Part shown: piece after piece, positions 45,038 through 54,833 of the stretch
Numbering within the stretch: the stretch's first letter is position 1
Layout of the letters: every line of letters starts with the position of its first letter
From: Candidatus Algichlamydia australiensis
Lineage (GTDB): Bacteria; Chlamydiota; Chlamydiia; Chlamydiales; JAJFMI01
NCBI GenBank assembly: GCA_033977065.1
Contig: JAXCHI010000003.1
Span: forward strand, 192,001-256,000
Length of the DNA stretch: 64,000 nucleotides
Direction of reading: 5' to 3'
The notes under the pieces: generated by a model
Seen by the model: the letters and a program-made list of their open reading frames with translations, nothing else
Told to the model about the DNA's origin: nothing
The model's database searches: none
Made by a program: the position numbers and the translations under genes

Positions 45038-46897
45038 ATGCAAGAATTTAAGCCCTATGTACCTGCTGAGGAATCTCCTCCTGAATTCACGTTTAAAGCC
45101 ATTTTTCTAGGTCTAATTTTAGGTCTAATTTTCTGTGTGGGGAATGCCTATCTAGGCTTAAAAATCGGAACCACTATCTCTGCCTCCATTCCAGCTGCTG
45201 TCTTTTCTATGGCCATTTTGCGTCTACTTTTTCGCAATGTTTCTATTTTAGAAAATAATATTGTGCAAACCGTAGCAGCTGTTGGCGAGGGTTTAGCTGC
45301 AGGAATCGCTTTTACTGTTCCCGCTCTTTTTATCTTAGGAGCCGCCCCTTCTAGCGGGCATATTTTTTTATTAGCTCTTCTGGGGGGTGTCTTAGGAATT
45401 ATTTTTATGATTCCTATGCGCCGCTTCATTATTGTTCGAGAGCATGGGATTCTCCCTTTTCCAGAGGGGACAGCGTGTGCTGAGATTCTAAAAACAAGCG
45501 AAGGAAGCAGAAGCTCTACGCTACTTGCCGGGATCGGTCTTCTAGTGGGCTCCCTTTACAAGTTTGCAAATAGTGCGCTCTACCTCTGGAATGAGGTAGT
45601 GAATTTTACTTTTAAAAAATTTCAAAATGCTCTCCTCTCAATCGACTGCACTCCTTCTCTTCTGGGAGTCGGCTACATCATTGGTCCACGAATTTCTGCA
45701 ATCATGTTTTCAGGGGGTCTTGTTGCCTGGTGGGTGATTATTCCTCTTATCAAGACTGTTGGTACCGGTGGTGCGGTGATTTTCCCTGGAACAATTCCCC
45801 TCGATCAGATGGACTCGGGAATGATTTGGAGCACCTATGTCCGCTACATTGGCGCGGGAGCAGTCGCCACTGGAGGAATTTTTAATTTAATAAAAATTGG
45901 CCCTGTCATTTGGAAGACAATTCATGTAAGTATTCGTGAACTCTTCGAAGGGTTTGGCGCAAAAGAGGGTGTTCTGCGCACTGACAAGGACATCTCAATG
46001 AAGTGGCTCATTTTGGGATCAATTGCCACAATTATGACGCTTTGGCTTTTTCCCGGATTTCACTTAAATCTTCTCACAATTATCCTCCTTATCACTCTCG
46101 GATTTTTCTTTAGTTGTGTTACCTCCATCACAGTCGGACTCGTGGGAAGTACTTCTAATCCTGTTTCTGGGATGACCATTACGACTCTTTTAATTACTTG
46201 CTTTATCTTTCTTGCTCTGGGTTGGACAGAACGCGTCTATCTTCTTGCCGCAATCACTATGAGTTGTGTGGCCAATGTCGCGATTGCCCTTGCAGCCACT
46301 ACGTCTCAAGATTTAAAAACAGGGTTTTTGCTTGGTGCTACGCCGCGCAAATTGCAAGTTGCAGAATTAATTGGCGTGATTCTACCCGCTCTAGCAATTG
46401 GTGGTACGCTCTTTCTTTTAAATAAAGCATACGGGTTTGGGAGCGAACAACTGCCAGCTCCACAAGGAACACTGATGGCAATGATTGCAAAAGGAGTGAT
46501 TTCTCAAGATCTGCCCGTTACACTTGTAGGAATTGGGGTATTACTTGGGCTTGTCATGGCTCTTGTACGTGTGCCGATTCTCCCCTTTGCAATCGGTCTT
46601 TATCTTCCTCTATCTCTCTCCTCGGCAACTGTGATTGGAGGCGCGCTTCGTGGAATTGTAAACCATTTTTCAAAAGATAAGCTTACACCAGAACGTGGAC
46701 TTTTGGCGGCTTCTGGCCTAATAGCTGGCGATGCCTGTACAGGTGTGATTGTAGCATTGCTGACTGTTCTTGGCGTAATTCCGGCAGCAGCAACGGGAAA
46801 ACTACCCGATCTTCTCTCTGTTGCTTTTTATTTGATTCTTGCGGCTGGATTGGGGTATTTAGCTCAAAAAAAATCTTCTCTTGATAGTGCTGATTGA
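45038..46897 (+). CDS. OPT family oligopeptide transporter
   Basis: AYLGLKIG.TISASIPAAV, ENNIVQT, PFPEGTACAEIL, SNPVSGMTI, QDLKTG.LLGATP, LPAPQ. Confidence 0.93.
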   Translation: MQEFKPYVPAEESPPEFTFKAIFLGLILGLIFCVGNAYLGLKIGTTISASIPAAVFSMAILRLLFRNVSILENNIVQTVAAVGEGLAAGIAFTVPALFILGAAPSSGHIFLLALLGGVLGIIFMIPMRRFIIVREHGILPFPEGTACAEILKTSEGSRSSTLLAGIGLLVGSLYKFANSALYLWNEVVNFTFKKFQNALLSIDCTPSLLGVGYIIGPRISAIMFSGGLVAWWVIIPLIKTVGTGGAVIFPGTIPLDQMDSGMIWSTYVRYIGAGAVATGGIFNLIKIGPVIWKTIHVSIRELFEGFGAKEGVLRTDKDISMKWLILGSIATIMTLWLFPGFHLNLLTIILLITLGFFFSCVTSITVGLVGSTSNPVSGMTITTLLITCFIFLALGWTERVYLLAAITMSCVANVAIALAATTSQDLKTGFLLGATPRKLQVAELIGVILPALAIGGTLFLLNKAYGFGSEQLPAPQGTLMAMIAKGVISQDLPVTLVGIGVLLGLVMALVRVPILPFAIGLYLPLSLSSATVIGGALRGIVNHFSKDKLTPERGLLAASGLIAGDACTGVIVALLTVLGVIPAAATGKLPDLLSVAFYLILAAGLGYLAQKKSSLDSAD

Positions 46898-46920
46898 TTT
46901 TATGTGCTACAATTTCTAGC

Positions 46921-47493
46921 ATGAAACGTCGCGCATTTACTCTTGTAGAAATCATCATCGCTTTTGGGCTTTTAGCCCTCATCACAACAACGCTTTTTAC
47001 AACGTTTAGACGCCAAGCGCTTCTAAAGGCAGAGCTAACTCGCGCTGAAAGGAGTGTTTTGCAAAGAAAATATTTCTCCGAGCGCTTCTCTCAAATTTTT
47101 TCTTCCCTTGCTCTGCAAGAACCCTTCTACTTAGATGAGGAGCAAGCTCTTCATTTTGTTTTTGATAATGGGATCGATCCCGAGAGAGCTTTTTGTCACC
47201 ATGTGCACGGCAAGATTTTTCTTAAAAAAAAGAGGCTTCTGCTGGAAATTAGCTCTCTTGATCGGAAAGAGAGTCGCGAGGAACTTCTTTTTGAAAAGGT
47301 AAACGAAGTGGCCTACCGCTTTATCTCTTTTCCTCCGAAAAACGACGAGATGGGCCAAGAGATCGTACCTACAAGTTGGCCCAAGGAAGAGAGCGCTCCT
47401 CCGCGACTGATGCGCCTCTCTCTTAAGTTCAAAGATGATGAGGTGAATTACGCTTTCTCTCTTAATCCAAGTAAAATCTCCTACGTTAGATGA
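46921..47493 (+). CDS. Prepilin-type (GspJ-like) pseudopilin
   Basis: MKRRAFTLVEIIIAFGLL N-terminal cleavage/methylation motif; FDNGIDP motif. Confidence 0.75.
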   Translation: MKRRAFTLVEIIIAFGLLALITTTLFTTFRRQALLKAELTRAERSVLQRKYFSERFSQIFSSLALQEPFYLDEEQALHFVFDNGIDPERAFCHHVHGKIFLKKKRLLLEISSLDRKESREELLFEKVNEVAYRFISFPPKNDEMGQEIVPTSWPKEESAPPRLMRLSLKFKDDEVNYAFSLNPSKISYVR

Positions 47494-48284
47494 ACATTCT
47501 TCCCTTTATTACGGTCTTTCTTCTTGTCTTTGCTCTTCTTGCTTCAAGTTTTATGTCTGGCGTAGGAGAAATTACAAGTACAGCCAAAGCGCATCGGGAG
47601 TACATGGCGGACATGCGGGCAGAGCGTAATAAGATAGAGACTCAGCTCTACGAAAAGACCAAGCGCAAGCATAGGAAAAAGCCTCCCTCACCGGGATTGA
47701 AAAAAGAGAAGAGGGAGAGACCCTACATCTCTGCTCGTATTCGCGCAAAAAATTCAGATTTTGCAAAGTTCAACTTGTTTCGCCTCATAAGCGAGACCCA
47801 AACGCCAAAAACACTTGACCAAGCTTTTTCAAATTTATTACACAAACTCTACTCTGGAGCGATTCCGTCTCATGAAATTGAATTATTAAAGAAAAAAATC
47901 CTGCAACGCGGTCAACAAAAATTAAAAAAAGCAGCAAAAAAAGGGGAAGAGATCGATTTTTTTGAGTTGACAGAGCTGCTCAACGTCGAAGACCCTGCAA
48001 GTTATAAAATCCTGCGCGGTACACATAAGCACGACTTAACAACTGGTATTATGCCACTTGGTGAGTTTGTCTATTTTGATAAAACTTCCTCCCCTTTGTA
48101 CATCAATCTCGCTTCCCCCGAGCTTCTTCTTCTCCTTTTTGGAGAGGAGAAAATGCAAAAAATCCTTTTCAAAGAGCAAAAACTGAAGCGTGGTTTAAAA
48201 AGACAAGAGTTTCAGGAGATCATTCCTGAAAAACTATTCTCTAGCATGTGGCTGCAGACGTCCCAGAAAGTTCCTTCGGGATAA
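47490..48284 (+). CDS. GspK-like type II secretion component (putative)
   Basis: N-terminal membrane anchor, AKFNL and YINLASPELL motifs reminiscent of GspK; coupled to the pseudopilin gene. Confidence 0.5.
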   Translation: MNILPFITVFLLVFALLASSFMSGVGEITSTAKAHREYMADMRAERNKIETQLYEKTKRKHRKKPPSPGLKKEKRERPYISARIRAKNSDFAKFNLFRLISETQTPKTLDQAFSNLLHKLYSGAIPSHEIELLKKKILQRGQQKLKKAAKKGEEIDFFELTELLNVEDPASYKILRGTHKHDLTTGIMPLGEFVYFDKTSSPLYINLASPELLLLLFGEEKMQKILFKEQKLKRGLKRQEFQEIIPEKLFSSMWLQTSQKVPSG

Positions 48285-49677
48285 GAATTGTAAAGGTAGT
48301 TCCCTGATTGTGTACTGAAGAGACATGGATCGTCCCACGATGCTTTTCTACGATACGACGCACAATAGAGAGGCCAAGGCCTGCTCCTCCCATACTGCGC
48401 GAATGCGCTTTATCTACTGTGTAGAAGCGATCAAAAACATGAGGCAGATCTTGTGGAGGGATACCGATCCCTTTATCTGCAATCTTGATCACCACTTCAT
48501 TTTCTCGATCTTCAACGGTCACGCGGATAGAGGCATTCCCCTCTGAATACTTGACAGCATTTTGCAAAAGATTTGTAAGGGCGAGGCCAAAAAGGTCGCC
48601 GTTAAGAGGAATTTCTATTTGTTCTTTATTGTGGAGGATCTCAATAAATGTTTCTGGATGGATAAGTAATAAATTTCGGTTGCAGTCATCGACAAGTGAA
48701 ACTATGTCTGTCTCCTGCAAAGCTCCTGCGTTTTCACTATCAAGATCTGCGAGGGTAAGGAGGTTAGCAACAAGGTGGTTCATACGATTGCAGTTGCGAA
48801 TAATTTTTTCTAAAATTCCCTCTAACATGTCGCTTGAAATTTCATCAATATCTCGCAGAGTCTCAGCAAAACCGCGAATAATGGTGATCGGTGTGCGCAA
48901 CTCGTGGGAAGCATTCGCAATAAAGTCGCGGCCCATCTCTGAGACTTGGTGTTCTACAGCATCATCGCGTAGAGTTAAAACAACCCCGGACGCACCAGGA
49001 ACAGGACAGACGCGAAGAATCACATGCTCATTTGTGACCGCAACTTCAGAAAGTACTGATTGCGTCTCCTGAGAGCGAGAGAGCATCCTCTGAATTTGCT
49101 TCCATAAAGCCGCAGGTAGGCAGTCTGTTAACTCGTGAAACCCCTTGCCAATAAGATCTTTTTTTGGAACTTTCAAGATTTTTTGCGCGCTACGATTGGT
49201 CACGACCGCCTGTAGATTGCCATTAAAGAGAATCACCCCCTCTTCTAGGCCCTCTATCAGCGCTTTGCGTTCTTTGTGACACTCTCCTAAAAAGTACTGC
49301 TCATCTGACGCTTTGCCTGCCATAGCATTAATTTTTTGCGCTAAAAAACCGAATTCATCTGAGCGAGTTAAAATTTTCTCATCTTCGATGTAACCCTCTT
49401 CATGATTTAGTGCTGAGACAATTTTGCGCAGGGGTTGTAGGTTCCGCCAGAGAACAATTCCTGTCACAATTGAAAGGGTAAAAAAAGAAAAAATTGCAAT
49501 ATAGGCAAAGCTCCACTCAAAATTTTGCGCAAAGAGTGGATAGGCCTCTGTTGCGAAGCGTCTTACCTTCGCTGCGTGAATCACAAAAGCATTTAGTACA
49601 ACTGCCATTAACCCAACAAACCCTACCGTGAGAACACTTAGAGTGCGAATTAGACGTCTTTGGATGCGAGGCTTCAT
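48241..49677 (-). CDS. Sensor histidine kinase (HAMP-PAS-HisKA-HATPase, PhoR-like)
   Basis: DFIANASHELRTPIT, NLLQNAVKYS, DKGIGIP, FDRFYTVDKAHSR, GAGLGLSIV. Confidence 0.92.
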   Translation of the reverse strand: MKPRIQRRLIRTLSVLTVGFVGLMAVVLNAFVIHAAKVRRFATEAYPLFAQNFEWSFAYIAIFSFFTLSIVTGIVLWRNLQPLRKIVSALNHEEGYIEDEKILTRSDEFGFLAQKINAMAGKASDEQYFLGECHKERKALIEGLEEGVILFNGNLQAVVTNRSAQKILKVPKKDLIGKGFHELTDCLPAALWKQIQRMLSRSQETQSVLSEVAVTNEHVILRVCPVPGASGVVLTLRDDAVEHQVSEMGRDFIANASHELRTPITIIRGFAETLRDIDEISSDMLEGILEKIIRNCNRMNHLVANLLTLADLDSENAGALQETDIVSLVDDCNRNLLLIHPETFIEILHNKEQIEIPLNGDLFGLALTNLLQNAVKYSEGNASIRVTVEDRENEVVIKIADKGIGIPPQDLPHVFDRFYTVDKAHSRSMGGAGLGLSIVRRIVEKHRGTIHVSSVHNQGTTFTILIPKELSGTSAATC

Positions 49678-49739
49678 TGCAGAACACTTTACCACCAACC
49701 AAAAAAGTGTTCAAACAGAAAAAGTTAATTCAGAAACAG

Positions 49740-52220
49740 TCACTTAAATCCCGTCACGCGGTAGAGCTTAATTGGCTCTGTAAAACCCTTGAGCTCAATT
49801 GGTTCCATCGACTCGACGTTGATCTTTTCTTTCACAAGCGAATGCTCGTAAGTACTTTCAGAAATCAAAATTTCCATGGGCTTTGCAGCTGAACAGAGTC
49901 GTGAAGAGAGGTTTACATTTGCACCTAAAACGGTGTAATTAAGGCGGTTTTCTGCTCCCATATTGCCCGCAAGAACAGGACCGGTATGAATGCCAATACC
50001 CATCTCAATTGGAGAGAGACTTTGCTGCCCACGCTCTTGATTCCATGAGCGCAGAGATTCTATCATGCCAATCGCACTTGCAACTGCTTGGTAAGCGCTA
50101 TCCTCTTTTTCAACGGGTGCGCCAAAAAGAGCCATCACTTCATCTCCAACAAATTTATCGATCACTCCATGATGCTCATCTACAAGGTGCGAGATGCGTG
50201 TCATACAGGTATTCAACATCGTGACTACATCAGCCGGTTGCATTTTCTCTGTATGCTTGGTAAAGCAGCGTATATCAGCAAAGAGTACGGTCACAATTTT
50301 CTCCTCTCCGCCAAGGTGCACATTGCCTTTTAAAATCTCTTCTGCAATCTCATCGGAAACAACTTTATTGAGTACGCCTCGTACACGCTCTTTCTCTTGG
50401 AGACCTTTGATCATACCATTAAAAGAGTGAAAAAGCTGTGCCACTTCATCTTTTCGTTTGTGCGTTGGCTTTGGAAGCTCAATCTCATCTAACTCTCCAG
50501 CTCCTACTCGCTCAGCTGCAGATGCCAAAATCGTAATCGGTTTTGTGATTCTCCTTGCCAAATTGTTGAGGATAATCAAAACAAAGATAAGGGAGATCAG
50601 GGCGATAATCCGCATATTGACGCTAATACTTGAGATCAACTCATTTGCGTTTTTATCAAGGGCGTGAAGCAGCTGAAACTCACGGCTGGCTAAATTAAAT
50701 ATATAGAAGTGAAACTTGCTCTCCTTGAAAGGGTCCATGTGGAGGAAAAAGTAGTCGGTACCTCCAATTTTGATGATTCCCGACTCTTTATTAATAATTT
50801 GAGATACGTCGATTCCAAGCCACTGCTTCTCTTTAATTTCTTTTCCTTCAGGATCAAAAGCTTTAAGAATTTTTCCATCATTTACAAACACAGCGACTTG
50901 ATTAGTGGAAAGAGCAAGGCGCTCCATTACACGATCTCCGTCAACAGCTGTTGTCAAATACCCCTCTCTCTGACTTTTCTCTCCGTTTTTAAATTCAAAA
51001 AGACGCAAACTATTTCCAAAATAAAAGTGATCGATCGCAGGAACAGGTATGATCTCTAAGGATCGGCTTAAGCAGAGCTCCTCATTTGGAGGATAATTTT
51101 CTCGTTCACTAAATTTTCCATAGAGAGGTTTTGGAAAAAAGATCTCTTCACTCAAGAGCGATTTCCCCTCGGCCTCTCCTGCTGGCGTGCGCGCAACTCC
51201 TACGGGAGCTTTGGTGTTGAAAGGAGAAAAACCAAAAGGACCAAGAGTAAATGCGAACGTAAGATCTCTACTTAAAACAAGGTCATCCAGCTGATTGCTC
51301 AACTCTTCAAAACGCCTAAAAACTCGGCTATCCATCTGATCGCTGTAGAGTTTGCGATCGTGAGCTGTTGGTTCGTAAGCGACCCTCTTTCCTACTCCAC
51401 GAATAGAGCGAGCCGCGATCCGGCGATTCCAAATTTCACTCTTTGTGAGAATTGTAGGGTTCTCTTCAATATACTGCTGCGACTTCTCAATGCTTTTGAG
51501 TAGTCCTGCAAAAAAGGTTTTTCGAAACTCTGATGAGGGCCAGTGAACCATGGGGCCAAGTGGCAAATTCTTCGCGGGAATATCGGGAATCTTTTCATCC
51601 AATGGAAAATTTTGAATCTGTTCCGGAGTAAACAGAAACCAGATAGCAGGAATTGTCGGCTCAATTGTTTCAAACAGCTCAATTGGAACTGTCTCATGCA
51701 TCATAAACCGATCGAGGTAGAAGCGGATGGCAAAGTAGGGTCCCCTATTCTTGCCATTTTCTGTGACTACTGCCAAGCCGTGATCTTTCGAGAGAGCCTC
51801 AATCTTAATGCCTGTATCTTTTACATTATTTCCAATAATGAGAGCAGTGAGTTTGTTTTCGTTTACGTTCTGTACGTAATCGATCCACTTATTATGTAAC
51901 ATGAGACTGGAGCAGTGAAACCAGGTATTATAGCGCAGATTCTCCTCAGTTGGCGCAAAACCTCGACGCATCAGCGGATACTCTAGTAACTCTTCTAAAA
52001 TTGAGTCGAGCTTTGCCTCCAACTCAGCAAGTATCACTCCAAGATATTTCTCAATCGTATCGCGCTTTTTCTCATTAATTGAAACAATTTGCTTTGAAAT
52101 ATTCTCTTCTGACTCCCGCAATTTTTTGCGCACGAGCCTTCCTTCAAAGAAATAGGAGAAAATAAAGGCAATGAAAAAGAGGGCGCCCACCCAAACAAAC
52201 AGTCGTGTTTTTAACTTCAT
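49740..52220 (-). CDS. Membrane-bound class III adenylate cyclase with HAMP domain
   Basis: Two TM segments around a large extracytoplasmic region; VLFADIRCFT, DKFVGDEVMALFGAP, GIGIHTG, NYTVLGANVNLSSRLC. Confidence 0.9.
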   Translation of the reverse strand: MKLKTRLFVWVGALFFIAFIFSYFFEGRLVRKKLRESEENISKQIVSINEKKRDTIEKYLGVILAELEAKLDSILEELLEYPLMRRGFAPTEENLRYNTWFHCSSLMLHNKWIDYVQNVNENKLTALIIGNNVKDTGIKIEALSKDHGLAVVTENGKNRGPYFAIRFYLDRFMMHETVPIELFETIEPTIPAIWFLFTPEQIQNFPLDEKIPDIPAKNLPLGPMVHWPSSEFRKTFFAGLLKSIEKSQQYIEENPTILTKSEIWNRRIAARSIRGVGKRVAYEPTAHDRKLYSDQMDSRVFRRFEELSNQLDDLVLSRDLTFAFTLGPFGFSPFNTKAPVGVARTPAGEAEGKSLLSEEIFFPKPLYGKFSERENYPPNEELCLSRSLEIIPVPAIDHFYFGNSLRLFEFKNGEKSQREGYLTTAVDGDRVMERLALSTNQVAVFVNDGKILKAFDPEGKEIKEKQWLGIDVSQIINKESGIIKIGGTDYFFLHMDPFKESKFHFYIFNLASREFQLLHALDKNANELISSISVNMRIIALISLIFVLIILNNLARRITKPITILASAAERVGAGELDEIELPKPTHKRKDEVAQLFHSFNGMIKGLQEKERVRGVLNKVVSDEIAEEILKGNVHLGGEEKIVTVLFADIRCFTKHTEKMQPADVVTMLNTCMTRISHLVDEHHGVIDKFVGDEVMALFGAPVEKEDSAYQAVASAIGMIESLRSWNQERGQQSLSPIEMGIGIHTGPVLAGNMGAENRLNYTVLGANVNLSSRLCSAAKPMEILISESTYEHSLVKEKINVESMEPIELKGFTEPIKLYRVTGFK

Positions 52221-53224
52221 AAGAAGAGATTTTCAGGTCCTTTCTTACCCACTACAATCATCTCCTCATGGCGTATGCCGCCAACTCCTGCGACATAAAG
52301 TCCCGGTTCGATTGTGAAGACCATCCCGGGTTCTAAAAGAACCTTGGCATCATCTCCCTGATGGTGGATGCGAAACCCTTCGTGTACTTCCAAACCTATA
52401 CCATGCCCTAGGGTATGAAGAAAATATTTTTCTAATTTTGCTTCGTGCATGACCGCGCGCGCCGCTTTATCCAATTCTCCAATTGGCACTCCTGGCTTGC
52501 AAAGAGCAATTGCTGCTTTTGCTGCTTGCTTGACCACCTTTTCCATCTCTTGAATCTGGCTACTCACCTTCCCACGCAAATGGCAGCGCGTCATATCACT
52601 TGCATACCCCTCTTTCATCACTCCAAGGTCAAAGAGCACGACATCATTTACTTTGAGTTTAACATTGCCAGGATGGTAGTGCGGTTTGCTTGTGTTTTCT
52701 CCAAAAGCAATAATTGGCTCAAATGAGAGCCCTTCTGCCCCTTTTTGCAGTGCGATAATTTCAAAAGCGCGCGCCATCTCGATCTCGGTCACGCCGACTT
52801 TAAGCTTTTTTACAAGTGCTTGATAACACTCCCAAAGAAGCTTGGCACTTTTACGCATAGCAACAAGCTCGTCCGCATCTTTTACCCAGCGCATACGGTC
52901 TACTGGATTTTTTTTCGTCTTCAGAGTTTTACAAAGTTTTTTGTTTAGAAGGTAGTTCGTATACGTAGTAACAGCAGGATCGAAATAGAGCTTTTCAGCT
53001 AGTTTTTTTTCAACTCTTGGGAAGACATGCCCGGGTAACTTTTTTTTACACTCCTCAATGTAGCGGCCATCAACAAAAAGTTTATACCCACGCTTTGTAA
53101 TGAGCAGTCTTCCAAGTGAGAGTTTAATCCCAGTTAGGTAAAAAATTTGTGTAGGATCTTCAATGAGATAAGCCCCATCAGAAAGCGTTTGCTGAAATTT
53201 TTTGATGCGTGATAAATTTTTCAA
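52217..53224 (-). CDS. pepP: Xaa-Pro aminopeptidase (M24B)
   Basis: PHY, DLG...GYASDMTR, HTLGHGIGLEVHE, TIEPGLY, GIRHEE. Confidence 0.88.
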   Translation of the reverse strand: MKNLSRIKKFQQTLSDGAYLIEDPTQIFYLTGIKLSLGRLLITKRGYKLFVDGRYIEECKKKLPGHVFPRVEKKLAEKLYFDPAVTTYTNYLLNKKLCKTLKTKKNPVDRMRWVKDADELVAMRKSAKLLWECYQALVKKLKVGVTEIEMARAFEIIALQKGAEGLSFEPIIAFGENTSKPHYHPGNVKLKVNDVVLFDLGVMKEGYASDMTRCHLRGKVSSQIQEMEKVVKQAAKAAIALCKPGVPIGELDKAARAVMHEAKLEKYFLHTLGHGIGLEVHEGFRIHHQGDDAKVLLEPGMVFTIEPGLYVAGVGGIRHEEMIVVGKKGPENLFL

Positions 53225-54794
53225 GATCTTCCTCTTTTAAACTTTTATATACTGGGGCTCTGGGAAACTCCCGCAAAATTTTTTCTGCCATCTCATGCGC
53301 TTCATGAACAGAAAAGGTTTTTCTTCTCTTTGCCGCGCTAGCCGCTTTTTTGGCAAATGCTCTCTTCGGATCTACATGGATCTGCCGATCCTCTAACCAC
53401 TCCTCCAAAATCCTACGCACCTGATCTTCTGCAATAAAATTGCAGAGGGAATCGAGAATAAATGCATTCTCGCCAAATGGCCGGATACCAACGCCAAGAT
53501 CTTCAAAGAGGGAGAGATTCTGCGCGATTTTTGCCGCCTCGTGGGGAGCAAAATCTAAACGGTGCGGCAGGAGCATCTGCATACGCGGCAGATCTGCATT
53601 AGAATTCATTGCTTTTTCAAAATAAAGCACCTCAAGCGTTTTTGAAAGGTTAAAGAGGTAGAGTTGCTCCTCTTTTGTGGCAAAGTAGTGGTGACCAAAG
53701 AGACCAAAAGAGGTAAGAAGAGGTTGCTTAAAAAAAGTCTCCTCTACTTCTTCTTCAAGTTTCGTAGGTAGAGGAGGGGGAAGGTCTAAAGTAAACTTTT
53801 TAAGATTTGCAACTGGTTGCACGTTGCTCTTATGAGGGGCAAAAACTTCTGCAACAGTCCTCCGAATAAAGTCCTGAACTTCTCCCTCTTTCTGCAGTCG
53901 CACCTCTTTTTTTTGTGGATGAACATTCACATCAACTTCATCAGCTGGAAGCTCTGAAAAGAGAACAAAAGTAGGATAACGCCTTGTTGGCAAACGCGTT
54001 CCATACCCCTCCTCAACAGCCCAACTCACAGGCAAACACTGAACCATACGACCATTGATAAAAAGATACTGCCCACTACGATTCGTACGTGCAGAAGTTG
54101 CAGGACCTAAAAATCCGTGCAAACCTTCTACAGAGATCTCCCGCATCCCTTCTAAAAATTCATTTCCCAAAAGGGATTTGATACGCTTCTTTAAATTCCC
54201 TTCTTTTAGATCAAAAAGAGTCTTTTCATTTGCTTGTAAAGTAAAACAAATTTCTGGATAAGCAAGCGCGATCTTTGTCACCATCTTCGTAATTTCCGAT
54301 TGAGCACTTGTAGCCGATTTCTGAAACCGTTTGCGAGCTGGAGTATTAAAAAATAGAGAGCGCACCTCAAAAGTTGTTCCACGCCCTCTTGCTGCAGCCG
54401 TTTTTTGAATGATTCTCCCCCCTTCAGCTACGACTTGAACAGCCTCTTTACCAGATGAAGTAACAAGCCTCATCTTTGAAATGGAGCAGATAGAAGCAAG
54501 CGCTTCTCCTCGAAAACCCATGGAGTGCAGTGCATGAATATCTTCTGCCGCACGGATTTTTGAAGTGCCGTACCGCTCAAAGCAGAGTAGCGCATCATCT
54601 TCGGCCATGCCTTCCCCGTCATCACTAATGCGAATCAACTGGAATCCTCCGCCACGAATCTCGACTACAATTTTTTTTGCCCCCGCATCAATGGCGTTTT
54701 CGAGCATCTCTTTCACAACAGAAGCAGGATTTTCTACGACTTCGCCAGCTGCGATCTGGTTAATGACTTTTTCTTCTAAAATTTTGATCTTCAT
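53178..54794 (-). CDS. mutL: DNA mismatch repair protein MutL
   Basis: NQIAAGEVVENPASVVKE..ENAIDAGA, DDGEGM, TSKI, GFRGEALASI, DVNVHPQKKEV. Confidence 0.95.
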   Translation of the reverse strand: MKIKILEEKVINQIAAGEVVENPASVVKEMLENAIDAGAKKIVVEIRGGGFQLIRISDDGEGMAEDDALLCFERYGTSKIRAAEDIHALHSMGFRGEALASICSISKMRLVTSSGKEAVQVVAEGGRIIQKTAAARGRGTTFEVRSLFFNTPARKRFQKSATSAQSEITKMVTKIALAYPEICFTLQANEKTLFDLKEGNLKKRIKSLLGNEFLEGMREISVEGLHGFLGPATSARTNRSGQYLFINGRMVQCLPVSWAVEEGYGTRLPTRRYPTFVLFSELPADEVDVNVHPQKKEVRLQKEGEVQDFIRRTVAEVFAPHKSNVQPVANLKKFTLDLPPPLPTKLEEEVEETFFKQPLLTSFGLFGHHYFATKEEQLYLFNLSKTLEVLYFEKAMNSNADLPRMQMLLPHRLDFAPHEAAKIAQNLSLFEDLGVGIRPFGENAFILDSLCNFIAEDQVRRILEEWLEDRQIHVDPKRAFAKKAASAAKRRKTFSVHEAHEMAEKILREFPRAPVYKSLKEEDLEKFITHQKISANAF

Positions 54795-54833
54795 TATTTA
54801 TTAAAATAAACGATTTCTGTAAGATATTCAATT

